A stretch of DNA of 64,000 nt from Azolla caroliniana (Eukaryota > Plantae > Polypodiophyta): NCBI GenBank assembly GCA_043228905.1, contig JBHGNT010000007.1:15190001-15254000 (forward strand), read 5' to 3'. Both the position numbers and the translations under genes were made by a program. Positions 1-12,109 of the stretch are shown in pieces. The first letter of the stretch is position 1, and every line of letters starts with the position of its first letter. The notes beneath the pieces were generated by a model, which saw nothing but the letters and a program-made list of their open reading frames with translations, ran no database searches and had not been told where the DNA came from.

Positions 1-20
1 GCCGGAGTGAAGGGGGAGTT

Positions 21-627
21 TGTTGGGAGACAGGTCCCTCCGGATGGGAAGGGAGAAACCGCATGACGAGTACCTGGCTACGGAGAGCCGGATGGTGAAG
101 ACCCGGTGAGAACCGGATGAGGAGTACCCGGCTATGGAGAGCCAGATGGTGCAGACCCGATGAGAACCGGATGACGAGTATCCGGCAAGATCTGGATGAT
201 GCACGCCCGGTGAAGAGCGCTCTCCGGATGAAGAGACATATTCGTAAATATGTTTCTGAGAGTCCATCATGGCTATATTTGTAAATAGCCGAAAAGTCAT
301 ATTAGTATAAATATGACTTAGGGAAAACTTTTGAAAAAGGTGTTGTTGTCATTCTTGTGTGTGTAAGATCTGAGCGCATAACTGTGTACAGAGAGAGAGA
401 GAGAGAGAGAGGAAGAGGTTGTTGCCTCTGTTGTAACCACCGCCTGTGGCGAAGATAGAAAGCTCGAGGTTGTTGCCTCGGTGCTTTACTGTTGTACACT
501 GTAACTTAGTGATAGTTTGCAGCCTGTGGGCTGCCGTGGTTTTTCCCTAGTTTGGGTTTTCCACGTAAACATCCTGTGTACTCTTCTCTTCACTGTGTCG
601 TGCATACGGAGCATTTAGTTCGCGTCA
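21..627 (+). mobile_element. 3' LTR of a Copia-type retrotransposon (CCGG-minisatellite LTR family); element body lies left of the window
   Basis: PPT GAAGGGGGAG directly before TGTTGGGAGA; ends ...GTTCGCGTCA; homologous to solo LTRs at 30558-31252 and 34354-35142. Confidence 0.75.
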
Positions 628-639
628 GTGAGTACTCAA

Positions 640-1354
640 ATTAAGAGAGGAAAAAAGTTAGCAAATTCGTGGATCCCACGATTATATTATATTAATCAAC
701 CCTTGTAAAATAATCAACAACCTCTATACATCTTTCTCTCTTCCTTATATAGTGTTGGAAGAGTTTAAGTTTATCACATGCAAGCATCATGCTTTTCCTA
801 TCTTTACTTTTCATGCACACTACATGTGCATGATTAGCTTTCTATCTCATCTTTTCTTTTAACTCGAGTGTCTATGCATGAATAACTTTTTGTACCATGC
901 ATGTCTAGAATATTTACATGGTATAAAGTTTAGTATAACTTTAAAATTCATAATACGCTAGTATAATGATAAGGCTTAACATTATTAACATGGAGGTGCA
1001 AGGTTCGAATCTTGCCCTATGCATGTAATATATAATTTTATACTTTCTTCTATTTACAAATATGTCTCTTCATTCTAGCTCTCGCTGGCCTTCTTCATCC
1101 GGCTCTTGCCGGTTCTGCTTCATCCGGTTCTCGCCGGTTTTCTTTATCCGGTTCTTACCAGATCCTCCTTACCTGTCCTCCTCGTCCGTTTCTCACCGAC
1201 TCTCACCGGCCTTCTTCATCCGGCTCTTGCCGGGTCTCCTTACCGGTTTCGGTCCTCACCGGTTCTTCCTTCCGGTTCTCACTGGGTACTCCATATCCTA
1301 TCCGGAGAAACCAAAAATGTAATTTTTCACGTAGTGTGCGAATTACACTACGAC
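640..1354 (-). mobile_element. Inverted, truncated Gypsy-family LTR inserted in the 5' LTR of the Gypsy at 1355-8156; itself carries a CCGG-repeat LTR fragment (~1045-1317)
   Basis: 1320-1354 is the reverse complement of the LTR start TGTCGTAGTG (cf. 7411); ~650-1040 matches the reverse complement of ~60110-60500. Confidence 0.65.
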
Positions 1355-4300
1355 AACGTATATTTTCTAGGAAAAGCTTTAGTTAGAAGAAAAACGCATG
1401 ATAGAAAAAAGTTACATCTAGCGTGCATAAACAATATAGTCGATAAAAATGCATGAGGTTAGAAAAAGCATGATCACTTTTAGAAGAAGCATGTTAGAGA
1501 ACACATATAATCTATTGATAGAAAACGCATGGAGTTGATAGTTAGAGAAAAAGCATGGATTGCTAAGACTCTCTCATCACTATATAACGATGGGGAGCAC
1601 AATGTAATAAGTGTGAAATCTTTCGGAAATTGGATATATTTCTAAAAACACCAATTAATAAATTATATTCGTGGGATTCACGAAATAAACTATACTCGTG
1701 GGATTCACGAGGTTTCTATATCTCTCTCTTTCAATCTTAATTCATATTCTTATCTTAATATTGATTAATCTAATAAAATACATTATACTTGTGGGATTCA
1801 CGAGGTTTTTATATCTCTTTCTTAAAATCTATTCATAACTAGATTCGTCTCAAATTCTTCCTCCTCCATGCCAAAAACCCAGTGGTTCCCACCGGACTCA
1901 CGCAACGATCTGACGCCGAAAGGCACGACACAGTTGGTGAACCTGACGTGAAAACCGAGTGGCAAGGAGATGGGTAATCAAGAAGAGGCCAACAACATGA
2001 GGACAATGTTGGAGCAGATACTGTAGGAACAATGCGCGATGTCGGATGTCACAGTGGCCGTAGAACGACTTTTGCAATGGAACATGGTCAATTCAATGGG
2101 AAGGATGTCTCACATTATATCCGGGACTACAAGGCGGAGATGTTGCATTGCAGAATATCAGGAGGATTGCAAGTGACATCCTTCAATCGGGTGGCTATGG
2201 ATGGGCTTCAAGAGAATATCCATAGGATACAACAACAAAATCCGACGTGGGAAGCGTTTGAAGAGACACTTAAAACTACATTTGCTATTGAGGACTCCTC
2301 CAAGGTGACGTGGAGAGGATTCAAAGATTGGGTGGAAACACCAGCCAAAGGGTTGAAGGTTCTCAATGTGTTGTCGGCATTCGAAAGTCAATTTGGGAGG
2401 CTGTCTGCGAGAGATCAAACTATCCTCGCACTGGACAAAGTGATCATGTTCTTACAAGCTATGGATGTTCGGGACCGGAAAGATCTTGGAGTGCTTCTAG
2501 AGGATACGACTACCAAGAGTGGTCTCACCAATACATGGGAAAATGTGCGGAACATCGTCACTGAATACACAACGAGGGGGCAATGGCTTGGACATGAAGA
2601 AAGGAGGACTACGGAACAGACGTTGAGGTTGAGACTCATAAAAGAAGACCACCAAGCACGGGCTCGAGAAACTACGGCGAGAAGGGAATCGAAGTAACTA
2701 CGATGGAGAAATTGCTAAAAGAGATGGAGAATCTCAAGATTGCCATGGTGAAGAAATTGGAAGACCGTCCCGGGAGCGTCCCAAATGTTCTAGGTATACG
2801 GACCGACGTGCATATGGTGCGATAGTGCCGAACATGATTAGAAGGAATGCGATGAGCTCAAGGAGGCTCTACGGCGGGATCTTATCTACTATGAAGGAAA
2901 TCGGATCCATTCGATGGATACTCGGAAGCCACTCTAACCGAACTTCCGAAAAGGCGGCATGAAGAAGGTCCTAGAGGAGGAGATAGAGGTAAAAATCAAA
3001 TATGCGACAACTGCAGGAATACGTGTGGGTGAGAAATCTAAAGTTAAGGCATCTTTCTCGCTAGAAGTGCTACAAGATGGGAGAGCCCCGTAGATAAGAA
3101 TAGCGTATACAGCTTATGCCAATTACATGATGTGTATGTAGATGAAAGAAGATGGCGCATGGATGATGGAGGTGGACCATCGAAGACACCGAACAGCTCG
3201 AATTCCGAAGGAAAAGGAGAAGGAAAAATGATTCTGGCATTCAAACTCGCCTCGGATAGCGAACAACAGATGGACCTCAAGAAGGTGTTTGAAGAGAGAA
3301 TTCTTTACAGTTGGGTGGAATTTTCTCCTTGTGGATCTTGTGAAAAGAAAGAGGCAAGCTACGGAAGATTCTAATACTTTAAAGGTAAATGCAAATATGA
3401 TTCTAATGAACGATACGGAAACGGAGGACAAAATTCCGAACTCTCACTACACAAAGTCACACTAGGCACGAGCAACTATGGAGACTCCAGTCCGAATTGG
3501 AAACATCAAAATGCCCGTAGTCGCATTGATTGATCGTGGGTCTGAGATCAATTTGATGTCCAAGGAGTTCTACCGGAAAGGGAAGTGGCCGATTAACACC
3601 AATCCTGGATGGAAGATCCGGGCAAACACTAACACAACGGAGGACCTATTTGCGGCTTGTCCGGATGTGACGGTGAAGATCGGAGATGTAGAGATTGACC
3701 AAAATTTCTTCGTACAAGATGAGGTTTCACATTTTGCGATCCTCGGGCAACCCGTCATTACGGCTTCACGGATGGAGACAAAGGTGCTCGATAGCGAAGC
3801 AGCTTTGGCACTAATTCGGAGCCAAAGCGGACGTAAAACCATCCAATTCCTAACTATGCCATCGAATCACGAAAGGAACAAGAGAGAGCTCTTGTCCCAA
3901 ACAAAAATGGATTTTTAAAGCTGACTGTTGCGGAGTGAGGAAGTGATAGTCCGAGAAGCCCTGATACCCCACACAGGAACAAAACTCTCGGAGCAAAACC
4001 AGTACGAATCGGTACAGATGGGGCATCTACATATACGGTCGTAACTGGAGTAATGAAGAAAGAATTCCGAAAGGTGCAAGATGAGTTACGGTTTGCATCA
4101 ATCATGAAAGAAGACGAAGAAATCACTGGAGTAATCGAAGAGTTGTTCTACCGAAACACACTACAAAGGCTTGAAGAGATTAAAGAAGAGAATCACCATA
4201 AAGACTAGGTAGTTCCGGTGGAATCGGTCGAAATGTACAAGATCATTGCGGAAATAGAGCCGAATGCGCTCAACAAAGAAGAAGCAATGGTATGTACGAA

Positions 4301-7300
4301 ATATAAGACCGTGGAAAGGAAGGTGAAACCATCTACGGGACCGTTACCCACCAATAGTGAACAAAAGATGAAAGAAGTCTCGAAAGATCCGGCACTTCGG
4401 AAGTCCATGGATATTGGACATACATTTACCGATGAGACCCGAAAGAAACTCTGGATTGGTGGAGGCGGGTTCCTCTTAAAGAATGAAGAAGAATGATTTC
4501 GTGAGATGTTGGTGCAACATGGAAAAGCATTCGCATTCACACCAAAAGAGATAGGGTGTGTTGATCTAAAGATAGTGGAGCTGATGGTGATCTTCACGAT
4601 TGATCATGTGTCGTGGAACTTGAAGCCAATTCTGGTGCCACGGGCACAAATTCCGAAAATCATTGAATTGCTCAAGGAAAAGGTGGCGATGGGGATTCTA
4701 GAGCCATGAAACGCCCCATACTCAAATCAATGATTTACGGTTCCGAAAAAGAATGGGTCAATCCGGTTCATTCAAGATTTACAATCAGTGAATAAAGTCA
4801 CGATCCGGAACTCCGGAGTTGGTCCGATAGTGGATGGATTTTCAGAAGCATTTGTCGGACGTGCGATATACTCTATTGGAGACCTATACTCCGGATATGA
4901 CCAATTCCAATTAGCTATGGATAGCTGGGACATCACTACGATGTGAACACCAATTGGATTAGTTCGGATGTGTACACTACCACAAGGAGCTACGAACTTG
5001 GTCCCACATATGATGAATGCAATGAACAAGGTGCTATGAGACTGCATTCCAGAGATAACAATGTCGTTCCTGGATAACATCCCAATCAAAGGATGTCCGG
5101 TGGAAGAAAAGGATGGAACTATGCATGATCGAGGATGTCAAAAGTTCGTAGTTGACCATATTCACGATTGCGAGAAAGTGCTACGGAAGTTAGAAGATGT
5201 GCACCTAACACTCTCTGGAGAGAAATCGGCATTCAGACAAGAAGAGATATTGGTAGTTAAACATCTATGTGGGCCCTACGACCGAAGACTGTCACCAATC
5301 AAGTCGATGCGATTCAAGCTATGAAAGAGATATGCGAGTCAAAATCCGAAGTTCATAGATTTCTTGGTGCATGTGCATTTTACCACATATGGATTCCGCA
5401 ATATGCACATATTGCGGACCCACTCTATCACTTGCTGCGGAAGAGTAAGAAGTTCGAATGGAGGCCAGAACATACCAAAGCCATGAAGAAGCTCAAGAAA
5501 TTACTAAGGAGGGCTGAAGCACTTAAGAAGTCGAACTATGACTGACCGATTACAGTAACAGTTGATACAAGTCAAACTGGGATCGAATGGGTCATCAACC
5601 AAGTCGACTCGAATGGTTCGTGATATCCGATCCGATTCGGAGCAACGATTCTCAACGAAAGGCAACGCGGATATGCACAAGTTAAAAGAGAGTTATGGGG
5701 ATTCATGTCGACGATAAAATCGGATCAAGATTATTTGATTGGAGCCGAAGTAGTGATCGAAACGGATTGTCTTTTGTTATTAGGGATGATGCGATGTTAC
5801 ACAGTACCGGATGTGGCTATGCTAAGATGGATTACATATGTAAAGTCACTTAATCCAGATATCTGACACATCTCTTTAAAAGACAGCATGATAGCAGATA
5901 TGTTATCAAGAGCATGGTTCAAAGACGAAGTAGCTGAAACAGATAATGAAGAAGTTTCCGAAAATTACTTTACTTCGAGGCATATATCCCGGGTGAACGT
6001 AATTCGGGAGTTCCAGGAAGACGAGTAAGAAGGAGAAAACTTATTGATTGGGAAGGTGCTACAAGAAATCAAGGAATCATCATACCATAAAGACAATAGA
6101 GCTGAGATCCAACGGAAGAAACGACAAGTCAGCAAGTTCTTCTTAAACAATGGATTAATGTAGAGGGAGCCGAAAAGACCGGATGGCATACCACTATGGG
6201 TAGTCGACAAAAAGGAGGAACAGAAACAAACAATATCTGAATTTCATGAATCCAATTGGGCTGGACATCGGGGAACATGGACAACATTTGCGAAGATCAA
6301 GCAAAAATATTGGTGGACGAATATGTACAAAGATGTAGCGGAGTTTACGGGAAGCTGCAAGAAATGCCAAATCTACTCCAGAGTTCAACACCGAGATGAA
6401 TTACATCCGACATTTTCACCGACAATCAATTTTAAATGGATGGTCGACATCGTGGCCATGACAACAGAGATTGGACAAAAGAAGTACTTGGTGCTAGCTC
6501 AGGAGGATCTGATGAACCAAGTAGAGGGTCGGGGGTTACGGAGAAAAACATGTTCTGCAGTATGCCAATTTCTCTTGGACGAAGTGTTTTGTAGGTATGG
6601 GTGTGTAGGACAAGTAATTGCGGATCAGGGAGAACTTGATTCTAAAAAGCTAGGGAATTCTTCGGTAAACATGGAGTTCGATTGACACTAACCACGACAT
6701 ACAATCCAGAAGCAAACGGGAAGATCGAATGAGGACATAGTCCAATCGTGAAAGCACTTCCATATGCACTATGGGCGGATTGCACAACGCATAGTTCTGT
6801 GACCGGTTATATGCCAACAGAACTTATGACCGGACAAGCGTCGATAATGTCTAAGGAAACCGCAATTGCAACATGGACAGTACTACCATGGAAGGAAGAG
6901 ATGAGTTGGGAAGAACTACTACTGATCCGGATACGACAACTACAGGGAAGACCAGAAGATGTAGCGGAAGCGATACATCGACAACAAGAAGCACAATTCT
7001 GGAACAAAAGACGATTCGACACAAAACACTGTCTACGACCATTAAAGATTGAAGAAGGGAATTGGGTGATAGTCTATGACAGTAGTGTGGAACATCATGG
7101 TTCAGACCATACAAAGTTCGGAAGGTATTCGACAATGGAACATACCAATTATGTGAGTTGGACGAGACAGTAATACATGGGTACCTGTAGCGGGGAAACG
7201 AGTGAAGATTTTCAAGAAGCCAAGTGATGACGAACCCTATATTAGTTTCAACAACACCGATACAAACGAGCAATTGGGCAAAAGTTACGAAGGTTCAGAA

Positions 7301-8156
7301 AGCAATGAAAGTGGGCTAGAATTAATAATTGACATAGGGGAAGAGACTGAGGGTACTATGGACGAAGGAGAATAACAATCATCGGCAACTTCGGCATAGG
7401 AGGGGGCGAGTGTCGTAGTGTATTTCATACACTACGTGAAGAAATATCAAAATATATACTACATGCATAGTGCAAGATTGAAACATTGTACCTCCATGTT
7501 TATAATGTAAAGGCTTACCATTATACTAACACATCATAAGTGTTAAAAAGTAGATATCCCACATAGAAAGGTAACTTCACGTATATTTTCTAGGAAAAGC
7601 TTTAGTTAGAAGAAAAACGCATGATAGAAAAAAGTTACATCTAGCGTGCATAAACAATATAGTCGATAAAAACATATCAGGTTAGAAAAAGCATGATCAC
7701 TTTTAGAAGAAGCATGTTAGAGAACGCATATAATCTATTGATAGAAAAAGCATGGGGTTGATAGTTAGAGAAAAAACATGGATTGCTAAGACTCTCTCAT
7801 CACTATATAAGGATGGGGAGCACAATGTAATAAGCATGAAATATTTTGGAAATTGGATATAAATTTCTAAAAACACCAATTAATAAATTATATTTGTGGG
7901 ATTCATAAAATAAACTATACTCGTGGAATTCACGAGGTTTCTATATCTCTCTCTTTCAATCTAAAATCATATTCTTATCTTAATATTGATTAATCTAATA
8001 AAATACATTATACTTGTAGGATTTACTAGGTTTTTATATCTCTTTCTTAAAATCTATTCATAACTAGATTTGTCTCAAATTCTTTCTCCTCCTAGTCCAA
8101 AACCCCGGCAATTCCCACTCGACTCACGCAATGATCCGGAGTCGAAAGGCACGAAA
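1355..8156 (+). mobile_element. Degenerate non-chromovirus Ty3/Gypsy LTR retrotransposon: partial 5' LTR 1355-1930, gag-PR-RT-RH-INT remnants, PPT, 3' LTR 7411-8156
   Basis: 1355-1930 matches 7579-8156; TGTCGT...ACGACA termini; PR ALIDRGSEINLM; RT GDLYSGYDQF, LPQGATN, FLDNI; INT CKKCQ and VIADQGE; PPT AGGAGGGGGCGAG at 7398-7410; many stops and frameshifts. Confidence 0.9.
1935..1952 (+). promoter_or_regulatory. Primer-binding site complementary to the tRNA-Trp 3' end
   Basis: TGGTGAACCTGACGTGAA, 4 nt after the LTR end; one mismatch to the complement of the plant tRNA-Trp end ...TTCACGTCGGGTTCACCA (recalled sequence). Confidence 0.7.
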
Positions 8157-8219
8157 ACGTGTTTGAGCTTTGAGAAGATCAACAAACGATGTGGTCAATT
8201 GGGAATAGTTGCGAAGAGA

Positions 8220-9500
8220 TTTTCGCAAAAACCCGACAAAACCAATGAATGATCAAAATTCTCAAATATTGCAAAGAGTGGACCAAAGTTTGACTTTCTT
8301 GATGTGAGAAGGATCAATTTCAACTCCTCATTTCTGTTTTACGAAGAGAATAGGTGCACCCCATGGAGATTTATTATAACGTATTTAACTCATTCATAAA
8401 TAGTCCTTGAGTTGCTTAGATAATTCATCCTCTTCAAATCATCTTAAGCAATACGGAGGTATACTTATTGGTGCAACGCTAATTACAATATCTATACGAT
8501 GGTCTATACACTAGGTAGTTCACTTGGAAAACGTCACGAAAATCATTTAAGATTTCATCAAGTTGTTCAAAATATGATAATTGACCCGAAACATTATTGA
8601 TATTATAAATGTGAATGTTCAGATCAAGTATACAATAAAATAAGGAAGAACAAGACAACTCAGATATTGGTGGAGAGGAAACAATCGAAAGAGATTGTTT
8701 TTTTACACATTGAATAAAATGAGTACAATCATTCGATACAAAGGTAATGGAATGGTGAACCCAACCAATAGATAAAGAAGAGTTTTTATTATAAAAGTAG
8801 GCATAACCAGTACTATATCAATGGTACAAAGATTCATTACATGGAAGTCTACTTGCTCTATATATGTATCAATAGAAATTCCTAATGAATGAATCACCTC
8901 GTTGATGTATTGTACTCTTCCATCAGCCAAGTGCACCTTATAGGTGTGATCACTTACGGTCGGTTGGATTCCCCATATCCAAACCAACGATCATTCACAA
9001 AGTTGTGTGAGCTTCCCGAATCAAATAAAAATTGTACGGGAGATCCATTGATATACCCGTTTGCACATAGTAAATCATTGGGTCCCAATACATAGTGAGG
9101 GAAAGAAAATTTACAATTACGTAAATGATGTGTATAGTAGACCTCAAGGACATCAAGAATCTGACCTTTATGGTTTGCAACTTTGGTTTTGATATCGTGC
9201 TCTTTCCATTGAAGCTTTCAACATTGCCCTCTTGTATGACCTTTCTTTTTGCAGAATACGTAAAAAGGATTTGGTCGCTTACAATCGCGATCCATGAATT
9301 TGTTTAGTTTCTTGTGTTTCCAAGCGAATTGCAATTGCTCAATCTTGAGCACTTTGTGAGGTTTGTTATGGTCCTTCCCAAGTGCATTGATAGTGAAGAA
9401 CTATTTCAACGGCCTCTTGGAAGGATTTGGGCTCCTTATCGTGCACTATTTAGTGATAGTCTGAATTGGGGATGCCATTTACAAAACAAGCTACTTCATC
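8220..9500 (-). pseudogene. Degraded Gypsy gag/PR/RT fragment
   Basis: Minus-strand FLFDSGSSHNFVND (~9000), VDFHVMNLCTIDIVL, SPWGAPILFVK (~8350). Confidence 0.65.
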
Positions 9501-10479
9501 AACAAGAACATACATCTTCTCAAACAGTTGAAGCGAAGCAACAAATATGCAATAGAGTGGTACGTTATTCTCCAACATGTGGAACATGCAACCAAGCCTA
9601 GAGTAGGAGACCTAGATGTCGTACCGATTTCAGAGGTTGTTTTAGAGTCATTGGTCATTGTAGAGGGAACACATCAAGCACAGTTCGTTGAAGTGGGAAC
9701 ACAACGCATAGAGGGAACACAAAAAACAGAGGTGGTTGTAGAGATTCAACACAATCAACAGACGGAACATAGCCAGTAGCGGTCATTGCCGAGAGGACAC
9801 GGTGCCTAGAGGTTGCAGAGGGGCACAACGAGAAGAATGAGTAGAGAATGTAGGGAAATAACAAGCAAAAGGTTTTTGCAAAGAGGACATGGCAAGCAAA
9901 GAACACCTGGAGGTTGCACAAGGGTCACAACAAGGGAAAAAACGAGCAAAAGGTGGAAGGAGAGAGAGAGAGAGAGAGAGAGACTAATTTATTGATAGAC
10001 TAACAGCTCGAGATCTTATACAGATAAATACTCTGTACAACTTTATCTGGGAATGTGAACTAACAACCTCAAATGAAATTGATTACGTGAGGGACAATTG
10101 GACACAGACATAACAGTGGAAGGATGTGTAATGTTTATTGTTATTTGAAATCCAAAACTCATTGACTGTGACCTTCGATTTTATAAAAAGTTATGATAAA
10201 CTTTTTACTCCCAAATATTGGATTATTTTAATGGTTTTATGTTTTTTCTTCTCATTGAATTTGTACTAGAATTCTGGCCAAAGGTTGCAGCTACACCATA
10301 GCTTGCCTTCACCCAAAAGGGTTTTGATGTGGGTGTGACCCGTGGTTTCGACCATAGCTTCTAGGTAGTGAACTCACGTTCCCTTATGTTCTTAATTGCT
10401 TCTACACAACGATTGGGTTTGATGCCTAAATTCTGAGTGCGAGGGAGAGAGCACATGCAATCATGGGAAAATTAAGTGT

Positions 10480-10800
10480 TGGATCCTAAATAAATACATT
10501 TTCGACACTTTGGTGACACTGGGCTTCTGTATGATATCCCTAAATATCTTTAGAAAGAGTTTGAAAATGTCCAAGAACATTTTTCTACAAAGTTTCTACA
10601 AGTTAAGAAACCAATGACATACACTCGTGTCCTACTTGAGATGGAATCACTTCCCATTGAGATCATGGACATGGAAAGGGTTCTTGAGTACATGCTTAAG
10701 GTTTTCAAACGTCTCTCAAATAGACTTCCTAGAATCGCATGGGAAGCAAGAACTCTACTTCCCATTCAAAGTCTAATCGCATTGGCATGAGACACAATCA
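10480..10800 (+). pseudogene. Probable LINE ORF2 C-terminal remnant
   Basis: Frame-broken EFENVQ...FLQVKK...LLEMESLPIEIM...NRLPRIAWEA resembles the post-RT region of LINEs. Confidence 0.4.
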
Positions 10801-11310
10801 AATTCGTGATTTGCTTGAAGAAAAGCATATGTACATTGACAAGGTTCATTATATCTCTGATCTTGGCTCCAACATGCTCATGCCAAAGTGTGTTTCCCGA
10901 GAATGAAGCTCGAAGCTTGCAAATAAAAAAAGCAAGCAAGCTTGGTTGTACATGGCGTGACCCAAGTGGATATATTTTTTAGAATATTGGATACAACATT
11001 AATTTTCTCCGTTTGCAAAATGTGAGTAGTACAAAAGAGATCACTAGGAGGAGAAAACCATCGTTAAATTCCTGGAAGAATTAACCTCGTTAAATTTGGG
11101 ACATGAATCTTAGAGATTGAGGGGTGTTTGTATTTTGATTTTGGTGAAAGTATGAAAATTTCACATCGACATGTGCTAGTGCATATCTATTAGGTTCACA
11201 TCACTTATATTCTTAAGCTATTTTGCATTTTACAAAATGTGAAAAGTAGAAAAGAGGGCACTAGGAGGAGAAAATCATCGTCAAATTCCCAAATGAATTG
11301 ATCCCGTAGG

Positions 11311-12027
11311 TGAAAGGAAAATAAATAGGAGATTATTTTGGATGTGTATTGATAGATGATGAGAGAAAGAAGAGAAGAAGAAGATATTTAAATCCAAATC
11401 TACAAAGTTTTATTGATAATGAATGATCATGATAGAAGGAGAAGAGAAAAAAGATATATATCTCTAAACCTACTAAGATATATTGATAACACCTCAAACA
11501 CTGTACATGAACCGGAAAGAAAACACCCACACAAAGAAAAGAAGAAGAGTCTCTCCACACAACCTTACTCTCCTCCTCTTATTACAAAAGTATCACTTCA
11601 AGCTACCCTTCTCTCTCCCATCTAACAAGTGTATTACCTCCCTTTTATAATCTTCTTATTCTTTCTCTTTCCTCACTTTTCACGCTTTTTTTAGAAGCTT
11701 TTTATCTCCTAATTTTAGCTATGACACAATGACCTTCTAATCTTCTTATCTCCCTCATTCGAGCTTCAAATTTAGAGATTTAAGAAGCTATAGATAGAGC
11801 TTTTTACGAGATTTCCAACCCATATTTGAACATGATATTTGGGTCACATTCCTTTTAAATTGTTTTTGGGTGGCCTGCTTTTTCTCTTTTTACTTTTCTC
11901 TGCGTCTCTTACTTTTACTTTTAAATTCTTCTTAAGGTCTTGGCTCGTGTTCTTAACCTCCAAATGTGAATGCTCCATACCTTATTTTTTCTAGTGATCA
12001 ATATGTTGAATTCTAAAAACACTTTCA
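11311..12027 (-). mobile_element. Isolated LTR (3' LTR with adjacent PPT on the minus strand)
   Basis: TGAAAG...CTTTCA inverted termini; minus-strand TATAAAAGG near 11645; purine tract AAGGGAGAGGG just outside 12027 on the minus strand. Confidence 0.5.
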
Positions 12028-12109
12028 CATTTAACCCTCTCCCTTGCTTCTTGGTAAACCATTTATGGTGAACCCTAAGCTACTAATAAAACAAAAGACT
12101 CTCCTTCAC

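Noticed and set aside
957-1022. Functional tRNA genes here and at 18325-18510, 49701-49770 and 60131-60196
   Set aside because: Only A/B-box-like motifs; acceptor and anticodon stems cannot be formed
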